A DNA stretch of 64,000 nucleotides from Leptonemataceae bacterium (GTDB taxonomy: Bacteria > Spirochaetota > Leptospiria > Leptospirales > Leptonemataceae), in assembly GCA_965227295.1 (NCBI GenBank), contig OZ245742.1:960001-1024000 (forward strand). The letters run 5' to 3'. The position numbers and the translations under genes are program-made. Every line of letters starts with the position of its first letter. Position 1 is the stretch's first letter. Under the pieces are notes generated by a model. It did no database searches and was not told the DNA's origin. It saw nothing but the letters and a program-made list of their open reading frames with translations. Shown one piece after another: positions 48,971-57,711 of this stretch.

Positions 48971-51331
48971 TCATGAGCTCCGTCGCAGATCCGGACGGTC
49001 GCGCAAAAGAAAGCGTCGCGCATGTTCTTTAGCGGGTCCGTGTTTTCCGGTGGCCGCAAAGGCCCGCGCCGTCATGTAAACCAGTTCGGTGTCCTCGGAA
49101 TACAACGCCGCGTATTGATGCACGAGATGTAGAAATTCCGAGTAACGCTTCCGATCGAAGAGCTCGCTCAAATGCGCACGGCGGCGCTCCTCTTCCCGGC
49201 GCTCGTCGGCGTAAGTGGCGTTCCCGGCAAAGTCCTCGCGCCAGGCGATGCGCATCAGGCTCAGGTCGTCCGTAAGCTCGCCGCGCCGCCGCAGATCTCG
49301 TTCAATGGCCGGCAGAAAACCCCGGCCGGCTTCGACGCTGCGCAGAAAGGCCGTGGGATCCTCGTTCAGCACGCGCAGGTCGCGTTCGTCGTATCCGACC
49401 AACACGTCGTCTCGACCGTCGGAGCCGCTCAGGATGACATCGTCCGGTTCCATGCGGGCGGTGTGGATGCGCAGACGATTGCCGTCAAAAATTTGCACGC
49501 CGGCCTTGAGCAGGCTTACATCGTCCTGTAAGAACGAGGCCCGCCCGGCGCGGAGCAACACCAGGCGCGGATGGTCCGCGTTCAACCAGTAGAGCATGCC
49601 GGTATCGTCCTCGACCAGACCGACAATGAAGGACACTAACATACTTCCATCGAAAGTTACAAAGACGTTCTGAAGATCCTTGTAACAATCCCGCAGCCAC
49701 ACCTCCGGATACAGTTTCATCATGCGCCGGGAGCGTGACGTGCGATCCACAATCGACTGAAACACAGTGCCGAGCACCAGGGCCCCGCCGGCTCCCTGCA
49801 CGGACTTGCCCATGGCGTCGCCGTTTAAGAATAACGTATACGGTCGTCCGCGCAGTCGGATGTTATCCGAGGCGCAGAAATCTCCACCGATCTCCAGGTC
49901 CCGGGAGCGAAACGTGAAGCGTTTGTGCTGGCGTTCCAGGATCTGGACGTCCGTAACGGAACTGCGATTGCGATTCCCGCCGAGCGGGCGGAGCAACAAC
50001 GACGTCAGAAAATAGTCCCCGTCCTGTTTCGTTTTTAGAGCACGCGCCCGGTCCAGGCTCTCACGTAATTCGTGCGTGCGTCGTTCCACTTTGCGTTCGA
50101 GATCCGCGTTCAGTTCTTCCACTTCGTTCTGCACGCGCAGAAAACGTTGGGCCAGGATTCCCGCAATGCCCACCACGAAGAATCCGAAGGCAAAATGCGA
50201 GACATGCTGACCGTGGATGACATTGCGCGCAGCCAGGATGTCGTAGACCGTCGCGGCAAACGTAAGCATGACCCCGGCAATGAGATAGCGCCCTTCGGGA
50301 TGGCCGCGCCAGGTTTCTCGAATGATGTAGTACGACGTGTACGGAATATAAGCGCCCGCGGAGATCTGCCACACGAGCAGCGTAGCGTTCATTACCGGCC
50401 AGGATCCGAAGAACACGATCACACTCAGCACGAAGCAATAGACCGTGTAGAACAACGCCATGCGACTGTGTTCCCGGCGAAAGAGCTGTGTAAAAAAGAG
50501 CAGCAGCGGCGGGGCAATGCCGAAGACGAGAATGTACTCGCAACGGAGGGCAGTGATCACATCGTCGAAGACCGCCCGTCCGATTTGCGAGCGCGTGAAC
50601 CAGTAGGCGCTGGCCGTAAGCGCGAAAATGCCGAAGTACAGATTGTAAAGATCTCGCGGCCGACGAATCGCCAGCAGCAGATGGTACAAACCCACGGCGA
50701 CGTAAACCGCGATCAATAACAGATCCAGCGTGCGATCCCAATGTGCCGCAGCGAAGACGGCGTCGTTGCGACCGATACTCACCGGCCGTCCCGCGAAACT
50801 TGAGAACCGCGCCGACTCGAACAGGATCACATACAGAGTCGCCGGCTCCTCCGCCTGCAACTGATCCAGAGATGCGGCCGTTCGTTCGGGGACGGCCGTA
50901 AGCAACGTCAGCTCTCGCCCGGACACATACGGTTCGACCTGGCCGAGACTCCCGATGCGCCGATCGTCCAACAAAAAGAGTGCCACATCACCGTAGCGCG
51001 CGGCATAGATCGCCAGGGGTTCTCCGCTTCGCCGCCAGTCGCGTACGGCTGCGGGCACCGGCGCGCGAAGAACCACGGCCCGATCATACTCCAACGGTTC
51101 CGCGGGTTGGCCGTACTCAAAGCCCTCTCCAAACGACGCCGGCAATCGGACGTGATGCCAGCCGTCCGTCGGTACGGACCCATCTCGAAACCAGGCGGGA
51201 TCATAGCCCCGGCGAAACTCCCAGTCCGCAATCGGAATGACGCCTTCCTGCGGCCGACAGCCGGAGAGCAGAATGCACAGCAAGACCAGGCCAACCGGAG
51301 CCCGGCGGCCGTAACCTGTGAGCCTCCCCAT
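48971..51331 (-). CDS. 7TM-DISM sensor plus SpoIIE/PP2C phosphatase
   Basis: Extracellular N-terminal domain; GLYHLLL...NLYFG 7TM block; QDGDYFLTSLL, IGGDF, NGDAMGKSVQGAGGA, NADHP, GSDGRDD, DDLS. Confidence 0.88.
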   Translation of the reverse strand: MGRLTGYGRRAPVGLVLLCILLSGCRPQEGVIPIADWEFRRGYDPAWFRDGSVPTDGWHHVRLPASFGEGFEYGQPAEPLEYDRAVVLRAPVPAAVRDWRRSGEPLAIYAARYGDVALFLLDDRRIGSLGQVEPYVSGRELTLLTAVPERTAASLDQLQAEEPATLYVILFESARFSSFAGRPVSIGRNDAVFAAAHWDRTLDLLLIAVYVAVGLYHLLLAIRRPRDLYNLYFGIFALTASAYWFTRSQIGRAVFDDVITALRCEYILVFGIAPPLLLFFTQLFRREHSRMALFYTVYCFVLSVIVFFGSWPVMNATLLVWQISAGAYIPYTSYYIIRETWRGHPEGRYLIAGVMLTFAATVYDILAARNVIHGQHVSHFAFGFFVVGIAGILAQRFLRVQNEVEELNADLERKVERRTHELRESLDRARALKTKQDGDYFLTSLLLRPLGGNRNRSSVTDVQILERQHKRFTFRSRDLEIGGDFCASDNIRLRGRPYTLFLNGDAMGKSVQGAGGALVLGTVFQSIVDRTSRSRRMMKLYPEVWLRDCYKDLQNVFVTFDGSMLVSFIVGLVEDDTGMLYWLNADHPRLVLLRAGRASFLQDDVSLLKAGVQIFDGNRLRIHTARMEPDDVILSGSDGRDDVLVGYDERDLRVLNEDPTAFLRSVEAGRGFLPAIERDLRRRGELTDDLSLMRIAWREDFAGNATYADERREEERRRAHLSELFDRKRYSEFLHLVHQYAALYSEDTELVYMTARAFAATGKHGPAKEHARRFLLRDRPDLRRSS

Positions 51332-51423
51332 CACCGTATAGTCATGAATCACCAACGCATCAAAAGCAATCCATTTCCGTGAAAAGCATGTTGAAGCGCC
51401 GTCGCACCGGGCGACCGTGACGG

Positions 51424-51885
51424 ATGCCGAAGCTCATCGAAGGTCACGAAGCGATCATGGGCACCATCGAGTCCCTGTGGAGTCCGCCGGAGGGCGCGCC
51501 CGAGGTCCAACTGCCGCCGCCGTCGTTCACTGAATTGCAGGGCGAGTTCGTCAGCTACGAGGCGAAACGTTCACTCACGGTCCGTTTCCCGGTTCAGAGC
51601 AAACACGTAAATCCCATGGGCCGGCTTCAGGGGGGATTCATGGCGGCCTGTATCGATGGCACGATGGGACCGCTCTCGTACCTCACGGCCGGCAAGCCGA
51701 CGACGACCCTGGATCTGGCGGTGAACTATCTACGCGGCGCCGAGCCGCCGGAGATCATCACGATCACGGCCGAGATCAAAGGCCGCGGCTTCGGCACGAT
51801 CTACCTGGAAGCGACGGTCAAGAACGCGAAGGATAAACTCGTTGCGCGGGCGACGAGTCAGGTGTTGATTCTGAAGGTGGGTTGA
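51424..51885 (+). CDS. PaaI family hot-dog thioesterase
   Basis: NPMGRLQGGFMAACIDGTMG, TLDLAVNYLR. Confidence 0.9.
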   Translation: MPKLIEGHEAIMGTIESLWSPPEGAPEVQLPPPSFTELQGEFVSYEAKRSLTVRFPVQSKHVNPMGRLQGGFMAACIDGTMGPLSYLTAGKPTTTLDLAVNYLRGAEPPEIITITAEIKGRGFGTIYLEATVKNAKDKLVARATSQVLILKVG

Positions 51886-51905
51886 ATCTATCGCAAGGTG
51901 TTCAT

Positions 51906-51929
51906 CGCAGAGGCGCAAAGGACGCGGAG
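51906..51929 (+). repeat. Single arm related to the GxxExxY-flanking repeat
   Basis: cgcagaggcgcaaaggacgcggag versus cacagaggcacagaggacacggag: 20/24 identical, and all differences are A/G. Confidence 0.55.
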
Positions 51930-51975
51930 AGCATCTGTCGTTCGAATGCAAGCAGGCTCCGGGATGGTTGCGGCG

Positions 51976-52392
51976 TCACGATTCGAGCAACCGGTACTCT
52001 GGAGGTAGCAGCAGTTCCCGCTCCTGAAATTCAAGGAGAGCTGTCTGGAGTTCTTTCGGATCGCGAATTGGCGGACACTCCAGAATTCCGAGAAGGCGAA
52101 TGTGCCGCAGTGCCCGACGCCACAAACGCAGGCGCACGCGGTTCGCCGCCGGATTCTTCAGCGCGCTGCGGTTCGGGCCGAGCTTGCCGGCGGCCCATAG
52201 CTGCACCGCCTCAGGATCGTCTTCCATCCAGGCCTGGTCTGCAATCGCACCAATCCCTCGCACCACCGAAGTGACCGCGCAGCTCGCCCCGGGCTGGAAT
52301 TCTCCGCGATTGAAGAAGACATCACGACCAATCGTGAACGCCCGGGCATGCACGGCGTCCGTGGCTAAGTGTACGCGCTCATCATTGTGGTG
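51976..52392 (-). pseudogene. DUF4157 (eCIS-associated) fragment fused to unrelated sequence
   Basis: HHNDERVHLATDAVHARAFTIGRDVFFNRGEFQPG matches the DUF4157 core, but the downstream HExxH and a proper N-terminus are missing. Confidence 0.6.
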
Positions 52393-52398
52393 GCATAT

Positions 52399-54927
52399 CT
52401 ACCATCCCTCTCGCCCGCGTACCGGTTCGCCGCGTTTTTCAAACGCCTGCGGCACGCTGCGGCGGAGCAGGTCCATCATGTCGCTGAAGTACTCTACGTT
52501 CAGACCTTCGCGCACGTGTTCTGGAATCTCTTCGTACTCCGGGCGGTTCTTCTCCGGCAAAAGCACCGTTTCGAGACCGGCGGCCTTCGCGGCCAGGATC
52601 TTCTCCTTGATCCCGCCCACCGGCAACACGCGACCGCGCAGACTGATCTCGCCGGTCATGGCCACGTCTTCCTTCACGGTCACGCCGGTGAAGAGCGAAG
52701 CGAGGGCCGAGAGCATGGTCACGCCCGCCGACGGTCCGTCTTTCGGAATGGCACCGCTGGGAACGTGGATGTGAACGTCGCGCTTCGAAAAGATTTCCGC
52801 ATCGAGCCCCAGGGTCTTACTGTGACTGCGCAAGAACGACAGGGCCGCCAGCGCCGACTCTTTCATGACGTCGCCGAGTTGGCCCGAGAGTTTCAGGTCG
52901 CCCTTGCCGGGATACGCCATGGCTTCAATGAACAGAATGTCTCCGCCCACCGGCGTCCAGGCGAGCCCCGTGGCCACGCCGGGAATGCCCGAGTTCTCTT
53001 TCAGATCGCGATGAAAACGATCCCGGCCGAGCAACTTGCGCACGTCGTCCCGATCGTAGACGACCTTCTTGAGTTGCCGCGACGGCGCCGTTTCTTCAGC
53101 GACGTGCGTCGTCGATGCGTGCTCCCCCGGAGCCTGGTCGCTCACCGGCAAATTCGTCACCGACACGACGCCGCTCACGCCGTCGTCGCCCTGTTGTTCC
53201 AGGTCTTCCATAATCTCGCGCACGGCTTTGCGCGCGAGGCTTTCTAACTTACGCTTAAGAGATCTTACGCCCGCTTCTCGCGTATGCGCGGTAATCACCA
53301 GGTCCAGACCGGCGTCCGTGAGGGCGATCTGGTCCTCGGCAAACTTCAGATCGTGAATGATCTTCGGCAGCAGGTGCTTCTTTGCGATGGCGCGCTTTTC
53401 TTCGAGGGTGTAGCCGGAAATCTGTACCACCTCCATGCGATCCAGCAACGGCAGCGGGATCGTATCCATGCTGTTCGCCGTGCAGATGAACAACACCCGC
53501 GAAAGATCATACGAATGCGCGAGATAGTGGTCCTCGAAGCTCTGGTTCTGCTCCGGATCGAGAACCTCCAGCAACGCCGCGGACGGATCGCCGTGGAATG
53601 ACTGACCGGTTTTGTCGATCTCGTCGAGCAGGAAGACCGGGTCGCGGCTCTCCGCCTTTTTCATGGCGGAGAGAATCTTACCCGGCAGCGCGCCGACGTA
53701 CGTGCGGCGGTGTCCGCGAATCTCCGCTTCGTCGCGCACACCGCCCAGGGCCGCGCGTACCAGGGGACGGCCCACGGCCCGCGCAATCGAGGACGCCAGG
53801 GAGGTCTTGCCGACCCCCGGCGGGCCCACGAGACACAGAATGGGTGCGCGAGAACCGCCGGTCTGTTTCTCCACGGCCAGGAATTCCAGAATGCGTTTCT
53901 TGACTTCTTCCAGACCCTCGTGGTCTTCTTCTAATATTCGCTCAGCGTTCTTTAGAGAAATACTGCGACCTTCCGGGTCTTCCCAGGGCAGCTCCGCGAC
54001 CAGTTCCAGCCAGTTGCGAATTTGCGCGGCTTCCATGCCGCCGCCGTGGGGACCTTCCTGCATGCGGCGCAAGCGCTTGAGTTCTTTGTCCACGGCCTTG
54101 CGCATGTACTCCGGCAACGGCTTTTCGGCGAGCTGGCCCTCCAGTTCGTCGGTGTCGTCGTCGTCGGACTCGCCCAGTTCTTTGCGAATCTGCTCCATCT
54201 GTTTGCGCAGATAGAACTCGCGCTGCATTTTGCCGGTGTCTTCTTCGACTTTCTCGCGGACCTCTTTCTCCATTTTCATCTGATTCGTGTCTTCGATCAG
54301 ACTCTCTTTCAGGAGGCGCATCTTTTCGGCGACCGAAGAGATGCGTAAAAAGTTGATCTTCTCGGCCATCTCGCGCTGAGAAAAGAACACGATTTGATTG
54401 GCGAGGGCGCTGGGATTCGTCAGCCGCTTTACGAAACTCGTGATCTCGTCCGGGATTCCCGGGTGCATCTTGACGTAGCGAATGACCAATTCCTGAAATT
54501 CCAGGAAATCCTGTTCGCTGGAATCCGGAATCTCGCCGAGCGGCGTAATGCGCGCGCGGAGGTACGGCTCGTCTTGAATGACCTTGAGCAGTTCGATCTT
54601 CTGCACGCCCTGGAGCAACACCTGGTAACCGCCCTCGCCCATGGGAATGATGCGATGGACCTCCGCCAGGGTGCCGGTGGTATGCAGATCCTTTTGTGAT
54701 ACCTTTTCATCCTGGGGGGACTTCTGGGTGAATAGCGCCACGAGCTTGCCCGGCTCACCCTCGGCCTCGACCAGGTTTACGGACTCCGTGCGGCCGACGA
54801 AGATCGGCAGAAGTACGCCCGGCAGTACTACGGCGTTCCGCAACGGGATGAGCGGAACTTCCCGGGGGATCTCTTCCAGATCGATTTCGGTCAGGTTCTG
54901 GTCGGCGTAACGAATGACGGAACTCAT
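52399..54927 (-). CDS. lon: Lon (LonA) ATP-dependent protease
   Basis: N-terminal domain; GPPGVGKTS, GGVRDEAEIRGHRRTYVGA, LLDEIDK, PKDGPSAG, GGIKEK. Confidence 0.96.
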   Translation of the reverse strand: MSSVIRYADQNLTEIDLEEIPREVPLIPLRNAVVLPGVLLPIFVGRTESVNLVEAEGEPGKLVALFTQKSPQDEKVSQKDLHTTGTLAEVHRIIPMGEGGYQVLLQGVQKIELLKVIQDEPYLRARITPLGEIPDSSEQDFLEFQELVIRYVKMHPGIPDEITSFVKRLTNPSALANQIVFFSQREMAEKINFLRISSVAEKMRLLKESLIEDTNQMKMEKEVREKVEEDTGKMQREFYLRKQMEQIRKELGESDDDDTDELEGQLAEKPLPEYMRKAVDKELKRLRRMQEGPHGGGMEAAQIRNWLELVAELPWEDPEGRSISLKNAERILEEDHEGLEEVKKRILEFLAVEKQTGGSRAPILCLVGPPGVGKTSLASSIARAVGRPLVRAALGGVRDEAEIRGHRRTYVGALPGKILSAMKKAESRDPVFLLDEIDKTGQSFHGDPSAALLEVLDPEQNQSFEDHYLAHSYDLSRVLFICTANSMDTIPLPLLDRMEVVQISGYTLEEKRAIAKKHLLPKIIHDLKFAEDQIALTDAGLDLVITAHTREAGVRSLKRKLESLARKAVREIMEDLEQQGDDGVSGVVSVTNLPVSDQAPGEHASTTHVAEETAPSRQLKKVVYDRDDVRKLLGRDRFHRDLKENSGIPGVATGLAWTPVGGDILFIEAMAYPGKGDLKLSGQLGDVMKESALAALSFLRSHSKTLGLDAEIFSKRDVHIHVPSGAIPKDGPSAGVTMLSALASLFTGVTVKEDVAMTGEISLRGRVLPVGGIKEKILAAKAAGLETVLLPEKNRPEYEEIPEHVREGLNVEYFSDMMDLLRRSVPQAFEKRGEPVRGREGW

Positions 54928-55262
54928 GAATAATACCTCGTGCTCTGCTTAATGTAACGATCGTACCGGAATTGGCCGCAAGGGCTTTGCCGGAGTGAAT
55001 CAGCGGGGAATGCAGGTTTTGTGCCCGGTGGACTCTCCGGCATTCCGGCTCAGGACCCGGTGCAGGGAGGCCCCGCTGCCGTATCGGCAGGCGGCTGCCA
55101 TTGTGACAGCGTGCACGAAACTATCCAGCGCTTCTGCGGGGAATATTTACAGCCAGCGCCACGGCCCAATGCTTGCCAGATTAGACGCCGAGACCTACGA
55201 AATGCGTCAAAAAATCCGACCGGCAGGCTCATGCCGCCCGTCAAAATCTCGATACAGGTAAT

Positions 55263-56414
55263 ATGATGATGAACTGGAAATATCGAATGCGTCGCGGCTA
55301 TGTCTATGCAACGGCTTTGCTGGCCGTCTTCATACTCACGCCGATGATGCCGGCCCTGGCCGAAGTGGACCGTGAGGTGCCCGAGCACCTGAGAGCCCCC
55401 GAGGGCGTGGACGAGTCCGAGTTCCGCAAGATCTACCGCGAAGGCACGAACCTCCAGCTGATCTACCGCGCCATTTACGAGGACGTCCGCCCGTCGGTGG
55501 TCCGCATCGTGGCCGAGGTCACCCCCCGGCGCGGGCAACAGGTCCCTGAAATTTTCAACGATCCTTTTTTCCGGAAGTTCTTTCCCGCGCCGCCGAAGCA
55601 GAGCCGCAAGATGACCTCGTTCGGTACCGGCTTTATTATTGATGAAAGCGGCTTGATCGTTACCAACAGCCACGTTGTCGGTGATGCGACGGTTGTTAAA
55701 ATCCATCTCCACGACGGCCGCGAGCTGGACGGACGCGTGAAGGGCGGCGACGAACTCACCGACGTGGCGCTGGTCGAACTCAAAGGGGTCTCGGACTTAA
55801 AGGCCGTGAAGTTCGGCGACTCCGAGGGCATCAAGGTCGGCGACATCGCCATTGCCGTGGGCAACCCCTTCGGTCTTGACGGTACGTTTACGACTGGAGT
55901 CATCTCCGGGTTGCACCGCGCGAACCTCGACGAAAGCGGCCTGCGTTTTATTCAAACCGACGCTTCCATTAACCAGGGCAACTCCGGCGGCCCGCTCCTG
56001 AACCTGCGCGGTGAAGTCATCGGCATCAATCGCATGATCTACTCGCCCAGCGGCGGTTCCATCGGCATCGGTTTCGCGATTCCCCTCGGTGAAGTGCAAC
56101 CGGTCATCAAACAGCTTGCGTCGAAAGGCCAGGTCGATCGACCGCTGCTCGGCGTAAAGATCGACGCCGCCCGTGCGGACCGCGGCGCCCAGGTGCCCGG
56201 GGCGTTAGTGGTCGAAGTCATCGGTGGATCATCGGCGCACGACGCCGGCATCATCGCCGGCGATCTCATCGTTAAGATCGACGGAACGCGCATTAAGTCG
56301 CCGGTGGATCTGGTGCGCTACATTCAGTCACGTACGATCGGCGACAGCGTCGAGATTGAATTGATGCGGAAGGACCAGGCCGTGAAGGTCGAGGCGAAGC
56401 TGAAGAAGATGTAA
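55263..56414 (+). CDS. HtrA/DegP-like serine protease with one PDZ domain
   Basis: GTGFII, TNSHVV, TDVAL, GNPFG, IQTDASINQGNSGGPL, GIGFAIP; PDZ (GIIAGDLIVKIDG). Confidence 0.93.
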   Translation: MMMNWKYRMRRGYVYATALLAVFILTPMMPALAEVDREVPEHLRAPEGVDESEFRKIYREGTNLQLIYRAIYEDVRPSVVRIVAEVTPRRGQQVPEIFNDPFFRKFFPAPPKQSRKMTSFGTGFIIDESGLIVTNSHVVGDATVVKIHLHDGRELDGRVKGGDELTDVALVELKGVSDLKAVKFGDSEGIKVGDIAIAVGNPFGLDGTFTTGVISGLHRANLDESGLRFIQTDASINQGNSGGPLLNLRGEVIGINRMIYSPSGGSIGIGFAIPLGEVQPVIKQLASKGQVDRPLLGVKIDAARADRGAQVPGALVVEVIGGSSAHDAGIIAGDLIVKIDGTRIKSPVDLVRYIQSRTIGDSVEIELMRKDQAVKVEAKLKKM

Positions 56415-56429
56415 GATCGACCGCGAGGA

Positions 56430-57554
56430 TCAGCGTGCCCGGATGCTCCGGGCACGGTACTCGCGCGGGGTCATGCCGGTCGTGCGACGGAACGCTCGAT
56501 TGAACGTGGCCTTGGAGCTGAAGCCGACTTCCAGGGCGATGTTTAGCACGGTCTGTTGCGTATCTTCGGCTAGCAGTCGGCGCGCTTCTACGATCCGGTA
56601 GCCGTTCACGTAATTGACGAAGCTCTGTTTCCGTATCCGATTCAAGAGTTCCGACAACTGATGCGGTGAAATTCCCAGGCGTTCGGCTACCTCGACCATC
56701 GTCAGTCCCGGCTCTCGATACAGTCCGTCTTCCGTCATGAGGCGGTCGAGTCTGGCCAGCGTTGATTCCGTGTCCACGCCGGGCAGTTTCGATTTCCCGC
56801 GCCGGGCCGCGCCTTCAACCATCGCCGCGATGGGTCCATACGAATGCCGCAACAAAAACAAGAGCACCGCGCCCGCTATGGCGACGGGCAATGCGAGCCG
56901 GTAAATCGCGTCCAGCGGCCAGAACTGGTGAATCAACGCGCCCAGCATGGCAAGCATCCAACTACCCAGAACCCAACTCAGCAGCAGTACGACGCGCGGT
57001 TCACCACTCGCGTAGAATCGCCGCAATAACAGCGTCAGGATGTAGCCGACGAAGGAGAACTTCGGCAACGTCAGTACGAAGTAAGCAGCCCGATCGTACC
57101 ATCTTCCCAGGTAAGTACTCCCCGCCGCTCCCGCAAACTCCAGCCAGCTGAGATCGTGGATGCGTCGGTCCAGGTCGTGTTTGTACTCGGCCGGCGCAAA
57201 GTAGAGCGGCAAAAGAAAAAGCAGCGACATGAGTGCGGGTAGAAAGTGCAAGCCGATGCGCCTTTTCGGCAACGGCCCGGCCGCCGTTCGAAAATGCAGC
57301 CAGAGCGCAGGACCGGTCGCGTACGCCGGTGGAATCTGCACGAATCGGAAATGCGGATACCGGTCCAGGATTCCGAGGACGGCGAAAGCCGTGATGAACA
57401 TCCACAGGCTGATGGTGAACCAGAACAGCGCGATAAAAAAAGATTCCTGCGTGCGTCGCGGACCGATCAACAGCGACGTCGCGAGCAGCGTACCGTAGCC
57501 GCAGCCGAAGGCCGCAACAACGAGCCACGCCAGGTCGATCAACGACCAGATCAT
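56430..57554 (-). CDS. Membrane-anchored AraC family regulator
   Basis: TM N-terminus; PHQLSELLN...SFVNYVNGYRI...VLNIALEVGFSSKATFNRAF...TPREYR; SD AGGAG before ATG 57554. Confidence 0.92.
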   Translation of the reverse strand: MIWSLIDLAWLVVAAFGCGYGTLLATSLLIGPRRTQESFFIALFWFTISLWMFITAFAVLGILDRYPHFRFVQIPPAYATGPALWLHFRTAAGPLPKRRIGLHFLPALMSLLFLLPLYFAPAEYKHDLDRRIHDLSWLEFAGAAGSTYLGRWYDRAAYFVLTLPKFSFVGYILTLLLRRFYASGEPRVVLLLSWVLGSWMLAMLGALIHQFWPLDAIYRLALPVAIAGAVLLFLLRHSYGPIAAMVEGAARRGKSKLPGVDTESTLARLDRLMTEDGLYREPGLTMVEVAERLGISPHQLSELLNRIRKQSFVNYVNGYRIVEARRLLAEDTQQTVLNIALEVGFSSKATFNRAFRRTTGMTPREYRARSIRAR

Positions 57555-57593
57555 GTGCGCCCCTCTCCTTTGCACAACACGCGGTAAAAAAAA

Positions 57594-57643
57594 CGGCTCA
57601 ATCTATAGATTGAGGCGATTGGCGATGCGAAACCAGCCACAAT
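57594..57643 (+). promoter_or_regulatory. Perfect 18-bp palindrome (candidate AraC operator) plus -10-like CACAAT
   Basis: CTCAATCTATAGATTGAG at 57597-57614, between the divergent AraC and LruC-like genes. Confidence 0.55.
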
Positions 57644-57711
57644 GTCCAATCTGAAAAAGCCCGTGCGAGATCAGCAAGCAGAAGATCGGCCGGATCACAG
57701 GATTGTAAACA

